From Poseidonia sp. (GTDB lineage: Archaea; Thermoplasmatota; Poseidoniia; Poseidoniales; Poseidoniaceae): a stretch of DNA of 64,000 nt. The notes beneath the pieces are model-generated. The model worked only from the letters and a program-made list of their open reading frames with translations, made no database searches and was not told the DNA's origin. Below are positions 26,260 to 36,498 of this stretch, one piece after another (within the stretch, counting starts at the first letter, position 1; the number at the start of each line of letters is the position of its first letter). Where the stretch lies: the NCBI GenBank assembly GCA_016778305.1, contig JADHPT010000002.1, positions 94,610-158,609 on the forward strand, read 5' to 3'. The position numbers and the translations under genes are program-made.

Positions 26260-26347
26260 ACCCGTTTCTTACAGGATTTAAACAATGCGAATAATCACGG
26301 CTCAGTCACGCGGTTTTTAGACCCCTCCAAGAGATGCCGAAGAGGAT

Positions 26348-27139
26348 TCAAAAGACCCCTAATTGGTTGCATTTCTTACATCCTGCGCCTTGGCAATAAG
26401 GGCAGGTCGCCATCACCAAAAGTTTGCTTCGGCGACGCGTCATTGCTAGATTTTTATCGCGTTGAAGGAAGCGAGAGCGTTCTACACGATCCAATGACTT
26501 CTCGTCATGCTTTTCTTGGCTGAATGACCCACGGAATTTTCCTGCCTTTTCCCGCCTTCGTTCCAATTTTTCTCGTGTTTGGACAACAGCTTCTGGCTCC
26601 CAGTATTTTGGCCCACGCATAAGGAATGCCCCCAAGGCAGCGAGGGAGATTTGCACAATCCAAGGCGATACTTCAATTGGGAAGAAATCCGCCAATGATT
26701 GGGAGGAAGCCGCAGATGGCAGGAAGCCCAATCGGTCCAAAATTGCCAGTGAAAAGAACATACATCCAACGACGAATCCTGCGCTTCGCAATCGCTTCGC
26801 CCAGGCTTTATTCTGGGGTAATTCCAGACGTCCGGCAAGCAAGATGACCAATCCTTCAGCGAGCATCAACAAGTCCGCTCCAGACCATTCGCCTTGTTCA
26901 CCAAGGCAAAACGAGGTTTGCATGGTTTCCAAGTCGTTTTCAATGGCGTCAAATCCACAGGCAGGGTCTGCCATCATCATGACATCGAGTTTGTATCCTT
27001 CTGCTCCATTGACTGCCATGGGTGCCACGGCGCCGAATTGAACATTGGCAAGAACGAAGATGACGATGGCTCCACCGACAACGGTCCCTAGCATTCTACG
27101 CATCGCTCGCCCCAAGACTACCAAAAGAACGGACTTCAT
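26348..27139 (-). CDS. hypothetical membrane protein with C-terminal CxxCxGxGCxxC zinc-ribbon
   Basis: About five hydrophobic helices are followed by a basic linker and then CPYCQGAGCKKCNQLG, which resembles a DnaJ-type zinc-finger unit. Confidence 0.6.
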   Translation of the reverse strand: MKSVLLVVLGRAMRRMLGTVVGGAIVIFVLANVQFGAVAPMAVNGAEGYKLDVMMMADPACGFDAIENDLETMQTSFCLGEQGEWSGADLLMLAEGLVILLAGRLELPQNKAWAKRLRSAGFVVGCMFFSLAILDRLGFLPSAASSQSLADFFPIEVSPWIVQISLAALGAFLMRGPKYWEPEAVVQTREKLERRREKAGKFRGSFSQEKHDEKSLDRVERSRFLQRDKNLAMTRRRSKLLVMATCPYCQGAGCKKCNQLGVF

Positions 27140-27181
27140 AGTGATATCGCGAAGGAGTTGCTCCGTGAATCAGCCATCATC

Positions 27182-28864
27182 ATGAAGAAGGATGAGGTTG
27201 AGGGCAATGCATCCCGAGGTTTTGGCATGGCCCACATCGTCATTATTGGCAGCGGAATTGCCGGACTTTTTGCAGCAGGCACCCTTGCTGATGCTGGACA
27301 TCAGGTCACTGTTGTCACCAAACAGCGTACCAAGGATTCCTCAACAAATTGGGCTCAGGGTGGAATCGCTGCCATCTTAGACAAAACCAATGCTAAGGAG
27401 ATGGAGGCTCACGTCCAAGACACCCTTGCATCCGGTGACGGCCATTGTGATGAAGCAACTGTCAGAGCGATTATTTCAGATGCAGGCGAGCGAATTCGGG
27501 ATTTGATTCGCATTGGAGTTGAATTTGAAAAAGAGATCGATGGGTCATTTTCTTTGGCCAAGGAAGGGGGCCATTCAACACCGCGAATTCTCCATGCCAA
27601 AGACGCTACTGGCAAGGAAATTGAGCGAGCACTTTCGGCGTATGCAGAAGCTCATGAGCGGATCAACTTACGCCCTAACACCTTGGGCATTGACCTTATT
27701 CAACGGGCACATGGTCAACCAAACCGAGGTATTGCTGGCGTATGGTGCCTTGACCAGGTGAGTCAAGAAGTTCTGACCATCGAAGCTGATGCAATCATCC
27801 TTGCAACCGGCGGTGTTGGCCGCTTGTGGAAACAAACAACCAATCCCTCAGTTGCCACAGGAGATGGTTTGGCAATGGCCTATAGAGCGGGTGCCTGCGT
27901 GAGTGATTTAGCATTTATTCAATTCCACCCTACCGCATTACATTCATCACATGCACGACCATTTCTCATCAGTGAGGCCTTGCGTGGCAAAGGTGCAGTT
28001 TTACTTGATCATCAAGGCCTTGAGGTGTGGAAACATGCTTGCCTGGAGGCTGAAAACATGGGTAATGAACCACCCTCTCCAGAAGAATATTCCTTCACCT
28101 ATGCGCATTCGCCTCATGGCTCAATGGCTACTCGAGATATTGTTGCGAGGGCCATCGATCAGCAACTCAAGAAAAACGCCCACGCTCACGTCTATCTGGT
28201 GACCTCGCACCTCGATGCTCAACTGCTTCAGGACAATTTCCCAACCATCACCAAACGTCTGGCGGTGGATGGGTTGGAACTTGGAAGAGACCCGATCCCC
28301 GTTGTACCTGCTGCCCACTACATGGTGGGCGGCATACGAGTTGACGGTATCGGGCGTGCCTATGTACGGGATAAAGAAGAAAACATGCCCCACCTCTATG
28401 CCATTGGTGAAGTCGCCTGTACCGGCATGCACGGAGCCAATCGCCTCGCATCGAACAGTTTACTGGAAGCAGTCGTTTATGCTCATCGAGTTGCAACACA
28501 CCTCATTCAATCGCCTCCCGAAGCATATCAAGGTACGCACCCAACCTGGCGGGCTGATGGCACAACCAATCTAGAAGAACATGCAACGGTGGCTCACGAC
28601 CGAATGAGTTTGGTCAATACCATGTCGCAAGAAGTGGGAATTGTACGTACCAATCAGCGGCTTAAACGGGCAAAACGCCGGCTCTCACTCTTCAATCAAG
28701 AAATTGACCTTATTTGGAGAGCATCCCGACCTGCCCGAGAGATTGTGGAACTACGGAATCTTGCTCTCATCGGAAGTTTGGTTGTTGACGATGCTCTGGC
28801 CCAAAAGGCCAATGCTGGATTGCACTACAATGTTGACCTCATCAAGGGTGACAAGCGAGAATAA
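27182..28864 (+). CDS. nadB: L-aspartate oxidase
   Basis: IVIIGSGIAGLFAAGTLA (FAD GxGxxG), TNWAQGGIAA, HPTAL, HYMVGGIRVD and GANRLASNSLLE. The start is uncertain: ATG 27182 is used here, ATG 27227 (MAHIVIIGSG, GAGG upstream) is equally plausible, and the ORF-track start 27158 is TTG. Confidence 0.9.
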   Translation: MKKDEVEGNASRGFGMAHIVIIGSGIAGLFAAGTLADAGHQVTVVTKQRTKDSSTNWAQGGIAAILDKTNAKEMEAHVQDTLASGDGHCDEATVRAIISDAGERIRDLIRIGVEFEKEIDGSFSLAKEGGHSTPRILHAKDATGKEIERALSAYAEAHERINLRPNTLGIDLIQRAHGQPNRGIAGVWCLDQVSQEVLTIEADAIILATGGVGRLWKQTTNPSVATGDGLAMAYRAGACVSDLAFIQFHPTALHSSHARPFLISEALRGKGAVLLDHQGLEVWKHACLEAENMGNEPPSPEEYSFTYAHSPHGSMATRDIVARAIDQQLKKNAHAHVYLVTSHLDAQLLQDNFPTITKRLAVDGLELGRDPIPVVPAAHYMVGGIRVDGIGRAYVRDKEENMPHLYAIGEVACTGMHGANRLASNSLLEAVVYAHRVATHLIQSPPEAYQGTHPTWRADGTTNLEEHATVAHDRMSLVNTMSQEVGIVRTNQRLKRAKRRLSLFNQEIDLIWRASRPAREIVELRNLALIGSLVVDDALAQKANAGLHYNVDLIKGDKRE

Positions 28865-29771
28865 GCGAGGTCATGAGTTGATTCACGGGCACCTCGAGCC
28901 CGTGACCTTCTGCTAAGCGGACAATCGCTTGGTTCAACGATGCAATTTCCGTTGCCTTTCCTCGCTTAATATCCTGGAGCATGCTGCACGAATTTTCACT
29001 CGTAGCTTCAAGGACCTGCCGAAGACGATGCTCAAATCCGACTTCATCCACGACAGTGATACGTTCCAAGCGAGCTACTTTCGCAGCCTCCCTGTAAATG
29101 GTCATGCAAGCATCGAACAACCCAGGCGAGAGCAGGGCTCCGTTTTTTACACCGGCTAATGCCGCCAGTGGGTTAATAGATAGATTCAGCATCACTTTAC
29201 CCCATACCATTTCATTGGCATCTTCCTTCAGAACTGGTGAAAGGCCTGCTGAATCAAGGACCTGAACGAGACCCTCTATCGAGGCATTTGAAGGTCCGAA
29301 GGATGTTGATGCAAGGTGAAGTTCCCCTTTACCCGCCCATCGAACCCTTCCGTCGCTTTCCTTGTAGGCTCCATGGGTCGTGGTAGCAGCGAGCGTGCGA
29401 TGTTGGCCGATATGTTGAGCGAGCGTTTGAACGTGCCCAAGTCCGTTTGAAATGGTAAATGCCAGACCTGTTTCTTTGAGTAGGGTCTCAGCGAGTGGAG
29501 CAAGTGAGACCACATCGTAGGCCTTGCAAGCGATCATAACGATATCGGAGCCGCCTACAAGTTCCTCGGGAAGTGGTAATTCTTCAACCGAATGCAAAAA
29601 ACGTTGAGAGGGGTATGAATCAATATCAAAGCCACGGGCCTGCAACCCCTCAAGAAGGACTTGCGCACCGCGCTCTCCTCTTCCATGGAGGTGGATTTCA
29701 TGATCAGTTTGGGCTAAGCACGCCCCTAAAAGAGTTCCAATCGAACCAATTCCAAGAATGGAAATGCGCAT
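28842..29771 (-). CDS. panE: 2-dehydropantoate 2-reductase (ketopantoate reductase)
   Basis: MRISILGIGSIGTLLGACLAQ is a Rossmann N-terminus. The ApbA/PanE C-terminal domain carries SMLQDIKRGKATEI (the S.LQD...G..TE motif). The gene overlaps convergent nadB by 23 nt. Confidence 0.85.
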   Translation of the reverse strand: MRISILGIGSIGTLLGACLAQTDHEIHLHGRGERGAQVLLEGLQARGFDIDSYPSQRFLHSVEELPLPEELVGGSDIVMIACKAYDVVSLAPLAETLLKETGLAFTISNGLGHVQTLAQHIGQHRTLAATTTHGAYKESDGRVRWAGKGELHLASTSFGPSNASIEGLVQVLDSAGLSPVLKEDANEMVWGKVMLNLSINPLAALAGVKNGALLSPGLFDACMTIYREAAKVARLERITVVDEVGFEHRLRQVLEATSENSCSMLQDIKRGKATEIASLNQAIVRLAEGHGLEVPVNQLMTSLILACHP

Positions 29772-29780
29772 AGAAATGCC

Positions 29781-32312
29781 TCATTGATAACTGGCCAAGT
29801 GAAGAACCACCGTGCCTGCATCGTAGGTCACCCACATGGTTGCTAGCGGTTCTTCAGGTGGTGAAAGGGTCAAGGCTGTGCTACCTGGTGAAAGTGACAA
29901 CCCATCCCAGTCATGCGTCCAGTCGTCTCCAAAGCCACCTTCTCTCGCCAAACGGAAGGGTATTGATTCGTTGGTTGGATTGTGGAAGGTGATTGAATCC
30001 ATACCCGCATTGAGGAAGGTTCCATCGTAGGCAATCGCCCAGGGCGTGGTCCAAAACCGAGTGGTTGAGTTCATCCAAGTCACAAGGAGTTCCGGCCCTT
30101 CCATGACTTTGAAATTCAATCGCGGATAAGGTGAGAATGCATCATTACACACGCTAATATTGGCCCCATTCTCAACGTGAAGTGTCAAATTTTGATCGCC
30201 GTCGATGACGGGAAGTGAACCTACTGAGCGGATGCTCGTATCCCATACCCATGTTCCTTCCGAAGGTCGGGCGGGTGGACTTACGCTGGCATTGATGGGA
30301 CAGAAGGCTTCGTCCTCCAATAAAACGCCACCTTCACTCAAGAGAGCCCCCCATGACTGAGAACCATTGCTGGTAATGACCCAACCATCCTCTGGTACGT
30401 AGGCGACGCGTGGTCCGTGAGCGGGAAGCAACGGAGCAAAGCTTTCGTTATTGATGTGGATCGTGGCCATACTCGGTTCAAAGACAAGTGGATCAAGTCC
30501 ACGCAGGCAAAAGACACTGGGGGTTTCTGTATACGTGCTATTCATGCCAATTTGGCCATCGATTTGGACGAGTGGTGTTTGGAGTTCTTCGAGCTGAGAT
30601 TCCATAACGCTCACGTTGAGTTCATCGGATTGAATGAGTTCGCCATAAAGATCGACGCAGCGCAATATTGCATCTCCCGATTCAAGATCGTACCATTTCT
30701 CAGATGGCACGACTTCGAGGGCTGGGCGGACCTGCATCGGCTCAACATAGTAATCATCATTCATTTCAACGATGTATGAGAAGTTGGCAGCAGTAGGTGA
30801 CATTGAGCCGCTGTAGGTGAGATTCACCCAGAATACGGCTGTGCGTTGAGGCAAGAGATCAGACCCACATCCAAAACCGTTGAACTGACGAGTTGATTCG
30901 CCATCACAATCCCATTCAACTTCCCAGTTTGTGCGTTGTTGTTCAAAGATGGCGTGTATGGCGTATGGTTGTCGCAAAGATGACGGGTTTGTTATACGAA
31001 CTTCGTTATGTGAGGTCCAGGTCATGTTGTCATCAACTACAGCCAATTCTGGTGGTAGGAGGGTGTAAGTCATCTCTGCATCCCATGATTCATCGTGGAG
31101 AACAGGTTGTTGAGCAGGGAGCAAGAAGAGGAAGGTGATGAGGAGGAGCATACCCATTTTCCGATGATCTTCTTCGCTCAAGCCCGATGTCTCATCCAAG
31201 ATGAGTGGAATACGAATGTCGTTGCCGAAAAAGAAGAGAAGCGGTAACAACAGAGCCAATACAAGGTACCACAACGAGAAGCCCGCAAAAACTTCAAACA
31301 AATAAGCGAAAAGAAGAATGGTCACAAAGAGAAGACTTTGGGTGCTTGAACTCCTTGCGTCAAGAAGACCCATTCTCGCAATCAACAGGCGACCTCCAGG
31401 GAAGGTCGGAATGGGCAAAAGAGAAATCCAAGAGAAGAGGATCAGCATACCGCCTGCATGAACCCACGGGTGAGACCAAGCCATGCGAATCATGGCATCG
31501 TCAGCAATGAATTCTGTTGCGATGAGACTCAGAAACACGGGAGAGACCGTGATGAGTGGCATGGCTGTTGACTCGAGATATTCTGGCGTGAGCCCAACGC
31601 CCAGCATGAGAAGGATGATCCCAGCAACTGCAAGGACGAGTGGGACGGATAGAGCAGTATGGCCCAAGGCGGCCCTGTTGGGCCATGGACGGGCGTCCAT
31701 TCTTGGCATGGTTGGGATCAAGAGGATACCGAATGGCCAAAACAGCCATTCTGCGGGGAAGAGCCCCAAGGCGTACAGGGCGATCGTGAAGTCTGGAACT
31801 GGCATCATGTGTCCACTGCGAACACCAAAGCGGCGAGCGATGCGCCGTTGAATAAAGGAAGCCAAAAGCAAAACAGCAACGATGGGCAGAGTATATCCAA
31901 CAAGGGCGTCCACAAATGAAGAGGAATGAAACCACCCACCATCAGGGCGAACAGAACGCATCCAAACATCACCCGCAAGGGTGAGCGTCAATACCGAGAG
32001 AGCCCAGAATAGAAACACACTGTTGAGGCGAGGGAATTGGCGCTCTGGAGCGGGGAAAACGGTCAATACCCAATCATCTTCACGAGTTAATTTGGCCATC
32101 CAACCCAATCGCTCGAGGTGCTGGTTGATACCAATCAATTCCTCATGTATGTCCTTCTCTCCCACGGGCATAACACACCATGAGGGCCACCGGCCACCGT
32201 TTTCACTCTGAATATGAACGTAGGTTGAAAGGATGGATTCAAGCAAATCATGCTGTGACCAAGCACGCTTGTGATGCGGCAGGGAATCTTCGGATGTGGG
32301 AGACTCGTCCAT
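29781..32312 (-). CDS. M50/site-2-protease-like polytopic membrane protein with substituted catalytic motifs and large sequon-rich C-terminal domain
   Basis: LLLASFIQRRIARRFGVRSG aligns to hhhHExxHxxxArxxGv, with ASFIQ in place of HExxH (nt 31848-31862). WISLLPIPTFPGGRLL aligns to NLLPxxPLDGGR, with S for N and P for D (nt 31389-31424). The C-terminal ~450 aa carry many N-x-S/T sites. Confidence 0.7.
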   Translation of the reverse strand: MDESPTSEDSLPHHKRAWSQHDLLESILSTYVHIQSENGGRWPSWCVMPVGEKDIHEELIGINQHLERLGWMAKLTREDDWVLTVFPAPERQFPRLNSVFLFWALSVLTLTLAGDVWMRSVRPDGGWFHSSSFVDALVGYTLPIVAVLLLASFIQRRIARRFGVRSGHMMPVPDFTIALYALGLFPAEWLFWPFGILLIPTMPRMDARPWPNRAALGHTALSVPLVLAVAGIILLMLGVGLTPEYLESTAMPLITVSPVFLSLIATEFIADDAMIRMAWSHPWVHAGGMLILFSWISLLPIPTFPGGRLLIARMGLLDARSSSTQSLLFVTILLFAYLFEVFAGFSLWYLVLALLLPLLFFFGNDIRIPLILDETSGLSEEDHRKMGMLLLITFLFLLPAQQPVLHDESWDAEMTYTLLPPELAVVDDNMTWTSHNEVRITNPSSLRQPYAIHAIFEQQRTNWEVEWDCDGESTRQFNGFGCGSDLLPQRTAVFWVNLTYSGSMSPTAANFSYIVEMNDDYYVEPMQVRPALEVVPSEKWYDLESGDAILRCVDLYGELIQSDELNVSVMESQLEELQTPLVQIDGQIGMNSTYTETPSVFCLRGLDPLVFEPSMATIHINNESFAPLLPAHGPRVAYVPEDGWVITSNGSQSWGALLSEGGVLLEDEAFCPINASVSPPARPSEGTWVWDTSIRSVGSLPVIDGDQNLTLHVENGANISVCNDAFSPYPRLNFKVMEGPELLVTWMNSTTRFWTTPWAIAYDGTFLNAGMDSITFHNPTNESIPFRLAREGGFGDDWTHDWDGLSLSPGSTALTLSPPEEPLATMWVTYDAGTVVLHLASYQ

Positions 32313-32376
32313 TCATCTGCCCCCCTTGTTAAACCGGTGAAGCCCATCCCCCATGAATCCCTCGTTGAGGAAAAGT

Positions 32377-32994
32377 TCACTTGTTCTTGAATCTCTTCAA
32401 GCGGAAGGTCTCTTCTCGCTCCATTTCTTCAAGACGAAGTTGAATGAATACCTTTGCTTCTTCAAGTTCTGGAATGACCTTGAATTCCAAAGCGTTGACA
32501 CGTCTTTTGGTAGCTTCGATTTCAGCGAGAAGGCGCTTCAGCGTAGCTTCCATTTCAGAAGCAGTCACGATTTTTTCAATCAATTCACTGAAAGAATCAC
32601 TTGCCTCATCGATGTAGGGTGAGGAACCGATAAATCCGATTCCTCGCTCTGCAAAGGTCGACTTGAGATTGGTCCCAGTAACGCTGGGAACGACCACGCC
32701 CATGATGTTACGACGATCGACTTCAACCTCTGGATGTGCTGAGTTGGCAATAGCGGCGGCTCGAACGGCCAGACCGCCTTCAATGGCATTGGCGAGGTCG
32801 ATGCGTGTTTTCGCTAAGGAGTAGGCTGCGGTTAAATCCCGCTTCGCTTCAATCATGACTGCGAGAAGTTGCCTGAATTCATGGAACAATCCGTCACGCT
32901 TCATTTTCAGAAGTTTGTAACCGTTTTTGGTTTGTTTGATACGGCCCTTGAGCTTGATGAGTTCGCTACGGGTTGGTTTAATGTCCAATGCCAT
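32377..32994 (-). CDS. atpD: A-type ATP synthase subunit D
   Basis: MALDIKPTRSELIKLKGRIK is a typical AtpD N-terminus. ATG 32994 is preceded by GGTGA; the ORF-track start 33003 is GTG. Confidence 0.9.
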   Translation of the reverse strand: MALDIKPTRSELIKLKGRIKQTKNGYKLLKMKRDGLFHEFRQLLAVMIEAKRDLTAAYSLAKTRIDLANAIEGGLAVRAAAIANSAHPEVEVDRRNIMGVVVPSVTGTNLKSTFAERGIGFIGSSPYIDEASDSFSELIEKIVTASEMEATLKRLLAEIEATKRRVNALEFKVIPELEEAKVFIQLRLEEMEREETFRLKRFKNK

Positions 32995-33028
32995 CGATCT
33001 CACCTCGTTCTTTGTTCACCGTTGTCGC

Positions 33029-34408
33029 TCACTCGCGGTTGTCAGGGTGGTACTTTTCAATCCACTTTTGATCAAGACGGACGAGATATTTGGTGTCGAT
33101 TGATGACATCAACGTCCAACACAAATCGAGCGTTTCCTCAATTGAACGGTCTTCATCACGGGTTTGGCGAAGGAACTTGTCTTCAAAGACACCAGAGAAG
33201 TCAAGCAATTGCTTGTCACGCTCATTGAGTGCGTCTTCACCAACAATGGCGACAAGCCCACGGAGTTCACGACCTTGGGCGTAGGCAGCGTACATCTGAT
33301 CGGAAACAGACTTGTGGTCTTCTCGGGTGGTCTTCTCTCCAATACAGGAACCCATCAGTCGCGAAAGAGACGGTAGGACGTTGATCGGCGGATAGATACC
33401 CTGTTGGTGCAATTCACGGGAAATCACAATTTGTCCTTCGGTAATGTAACCAGACAAATCTGGAATCGGGTGAGTGATATCGTCACCAGGCATGGTCAGA
33501 ATCGGGAATTGTGTGATTGAACCCTTCTTTCCTTTCACGATACCTGCACGCTCGTAGAGCATGGCCAGGTCAGTGTACATGTAACCGGGGTAACCACGAC
33601 GGCCAGGAACTTCTTCACGGGCCGCACCGATTTGACGCAATGCATCGCAATAATTGGTCATGTCAGTGTAGATGACCAGAACGTGGTAGTCCTTCTCAAA
33701 GGCGAGGTATTCAGCTGCAGTAAGGGCGAGACGAGGCGTAATGATTCGCTCTACAGCAGGGTCGTCTGCGAGGTTGACGAACAGGACAGCGTTTTCAAGC
33801 GCACCAGTTCGTTCCAAATCCGAACGGAAGAAATTGTATTCTTCAGCAGTGATTCCCATTGCACAGAAGACAACAATAAATTCTTCATCTGAATCCTTAA
33901 GTTTGGCTTGACGAGCAATTTGCAAAGCAATGTCGTTGTGTGGAAGACCTGATGCCGAGAAGATCGGCAACTTCTGCCCACGCACGAGACTCGTACAGAG
34001 GTCAATGGCTGAGACACCCGTTTGAATGAAATCATTCGGGCTCTGTCGACTGTAGGGGTTGATAGCTGCACCAATGATGTCTGCTTTCTCATCTGCAACG
34101 ATTTCAGGTCCACCGTCACGAGGGCGTCCTGCACCGTCGAGAATTCGTCCGACCAGGTCGGTACTTACGGGGAGTTTGAAAACGTCGCCCATGAAGGTAA
34201 CACCGGTTTCGCGGTTAATTTTCGCGGTTCCTTCAAACACTTGGACGATCACCAAATCATCGGAAGTGTCGAGCACTTGTCCGTTTTTGATATCGCCATT
34301 TGCGAGGCGGAGTGTTACAATTTCACCAAAGGCAACGGGTTCAGTTTTGTTCAAAAAGACCAATGGTCCCTTGACGTCAGTAATGGTTCGGTATTCTTTT
34401 CCAGTCAT
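33029..34408 (-). CDS. atpB: A-type ATP synthase subunit B
   Basis: [19 protein letters not shown]...; colinear with the non-catalytic B subunit ([32 protein letters not shown]). ATG 34408 lies 13 nt after the atpA stop. Confidence 0.95.
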   Translation of the reverse strand: MTGKEYRTITDVKGPLVFLNKTEPVAFGEIVTLRLANGDIKNGQVLDTSDDLVIVQVFEGTAKINRETGVTFMGDVFKLPVSTDLVGRILDGAGRPRDGGPEIVADEKADIIGAAINPYSRQSPNDFIQTGVSAIDLCTSLVRGQKLPIFSASGLPHNDIALQIARQAKLKDSDEEFIVVFCAMGITAEEYNFFRSDLERTGALENAVLFVNLADDPAVERIITPRLALTAAEYLAFEKDYHVLVIYTDMTNYCDALRQIGAAREEVPGRRGYPGYMYTDLAMLYERAGIVKGKKGSITQFPILTMPGDDITHPIPDLSGYITEGQIVISRELHQQGIYPPINVLPSLSRLMGSCIGEKTTREDHKSVSDQMYAAYAQGRELRGLVAIVGEDALNERDKQLLDFSGVFEDKFLRQTRDEDRSIEETLDLCWTLMSSIDTKYLVRLDQKWIEKYHPDNRE

Positions 34409-34421
34409 CTCAATCCTCTCC

Positions 34422-36161
34422 TCAGTTGGTCTCCACCGCATCGGCAATTTCGTCGTTCATCTTCTTGACCATGGAATCAATACGGTCAATGTATCCTTTC
34501 TCAAAGCGAGCACGCATAAGGTCGGAGCGAGCAGGGACGTTGACGACATCGTTCAGTAGGGCACCGTCCGCCATAGCGCTCTTAGCAGCGTCTTGGAAGG
34601 ACAGAATGGCTTTGGCCATGTGGTATTGCAAGTGAATATCACAGTAAGCATCGACGTCGTGGAATCCATTTTGTTGCAAGAAGAATTCACGAATCATACG
34701 AGCGACTTCAAGGGTGAGTTGTTGGTCCACAGGTAGTGCGTCGGAACCGACAAGTTGAACAATTTCTTGGAGTTCAGACTCAATTTGAAGCAACACGCTG
34801 ATTTGTGTTCGGATTTCAGGGAAATCTTGAGCGATGTTATCACGGAACCACTGATCCAAGCTTTGCGGGTACAAGGAATAGGAATTCAACCAGTTGATTG
34901 CAGGGAAGTGACGTTGACGAGCCAATCCTGCATCGAGTCCCCAGAACACCTTGACAATTCGAAGAGTACCTTGGGAAACAGGTTCGGAGATGTCACCGCC
35001 AGGAGGCGAAACAGCACCGATAACGGTCACAGATCCGTCATCGCCGTTGAGTGTCTCAACACGGCCTGCACGTTCGTAGAATTCTGCAATTCGGGATGAA
35101 AGGTAAGCAGGGTATCCTTCTTCTCCGGGCATCTCTTCCAAACGGGATGAAATTTCACGCATGGCTTCTGCCCATCGGGAGGTTGAGTCCGCCATGAGGG
35201 CAACGTCGTAGCCCATGTCACGGAAGTACTCTGCAATGGTAATTCCAGTGTAAACGGATGCTTCACGGGCTGCAACAGGCATGTTTGACGTGTTGGCAAT
35301 CATCACAGTTCGCTCCATGAGAGGCTTCCCGGTGTTTGGATCAATCAAGTGAGGGAATTCGTCCAACACTTCTGTCATTTCATTGCCACGCTCTCCGCAG
35401 CCGATGTAAACCACAAGTTGAGCATCGGAGTACTTTGCAAGCGATTGTTGGGTAACTGTCTTACCCGAGCCGAACGGGCCAGGAATACCTGCTGCACCGC
35501 CCTTTGCGAGCGGGAACAGGAAGTCGAGAATTCGCATTCCAGTCACGAGAGGTGTGTCAGGAGCGTACTTTTGTTGGAAAGGTCGAGGGGTTCGGACAGG
35601 CCACTTCTGCATCATCTGCATTTCAGTGCCATCTTCGAGCACACAAACTGTTTGTGTGACGTTGAAATCTCCGGATTCAATCGATTTCACAGTACCGCTA
35701 GCGGTTGGTGGGACCATGATCTTGTGAATGATGGTATCAGTTTCTTGGACGTGGCCAATCACTTGGCCGCCGACCACTGCATCGCCAACAGCGACTTGTG
35801 GCTCAAAGGTCCAGATCTTTTCGAGGTCAAATGCGTCTGCGTCAACACCACGAGTGATGAACACACCCATTTCCTTCTCCAAGGTAGGGAGAGGGCGCTG
35901 AATACCGTCGTAAATTTGGGTTAAGAGACCGGGTCCCAATGAAACAGACAGTGTCTCTTCGGTGTTCAACACAGGCTCACCAGGTCGAATACCCGAGGTG
36001 TCTTCGTACACTTGGATGACGGCTTTTTCGCCGTGCAGCTCAATCACTTCACCCATCAGACCTTCGTGGCCAACTCGTACAACGTCATACATTGCTGCGC
36101 TCATGCCAGTGGCAGTCACGACAGGCCCCGAAATTCGGTAAATTACTCCTTCATTGCTCAT
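34422..36161 (-). CDS. atpA: A-type ATP synthase catalytic subunit A
   Basis: Walker [10 protein letters not shown], then [26 protein letters not shown]. The protein is 579 aa. Confidence 0.97.
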   Translation of the reverse strand: MSNEGVIYRISGPVVTATGMSAAMYDVVRVGHEGLMGEVIELHGEKAVIQVYEDTSGIRPGEPVLNTEETLSVSLGPGLLTQIYDGIQRPLPTLEKEMGVFITRGVDADAFDLEKIWTFEPQVAVGDAVVGGQVIGHVQETDTIIHKIMVPPTASGTVKSIESGDFNVTQTVCVLEDGTEMQMMQKWPVRTPRPFQQKYAPDTPLVTGMRILDFLFPLAKGGAAGIPGPFGSGKTVTQQSLAKYSDAQLVVYIGCGERGNEMTEVLDEFPHLIDPNTGKPLMERTVMIANTSNMPVAAREASVYTGITIAEYFRDMGYDVALMADSTSRWAEAMREISSRLEEMPGEEGYPAYLSSRIAEFYERAGRVETLNGDDGSVTVIGAVSPPGGDISEPVSQGTLRIVKVFWGLDAGLARQRHFPAINWLNSYSLYPQSLDQWFRDNIAQDFPEIRTQISVLLQIESELQEIVQLVGSDALPVDQQLTLEVARMIREFFLQQNGFHDVDAYCDIHLQYHMAKAILSFQDAAKSAMADGALLNDVVNVPARSDLMRARFEKGYIDRIDSMVKKMNDEIADAVETN

Positions 36162-36189
36162 TTTTTCATCTCCTGGTTTGGTTGGAAGT

Positions 36190-36489
36190 TCACTTCCACA
36201 AATCGACTCCTATGGCTTTACGAATGGTGTCTCGCAAAGCGGTGTCTTCCTCCGTACCGATGCCAAGAACGGTAGGGGATACAGACGCAGAGAGTTGATC
36301 GCGCAACCGCTCTGGCAAGTCGGCAATCATGGCGGAGTCGACCACCACGATACCAACTGACTTATTGTTGAGTAGGGAACGAAGGGTTGAGTGCAATGCC
36401 TCATCACCTTCAGGATTGTGCAGATCAGAAAGACCTGCGAGTTGGAAGCCCAACGTGAATGCGGGGGAGCCTACGACTGAAATCTCCAT
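36190..36489 (-). CDS. atpF: A-type ATP synthase subunit F
   Basis: [20 protein letters not shown]..., 99 aa, positioned between atpC and atpA. Confidence 0.85.
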   Translation of the reverse strand: MEISVVGSPAFTLGFQLAGLSDLHNPEGDEALHSTLRSLLNNKSVGIVVVDSAMIADLPERLRDQLSASVSPTVLGIGTEEDTALRDTIRKAIGVDLWK

Positions 36490-36498
36490 AATATCACC

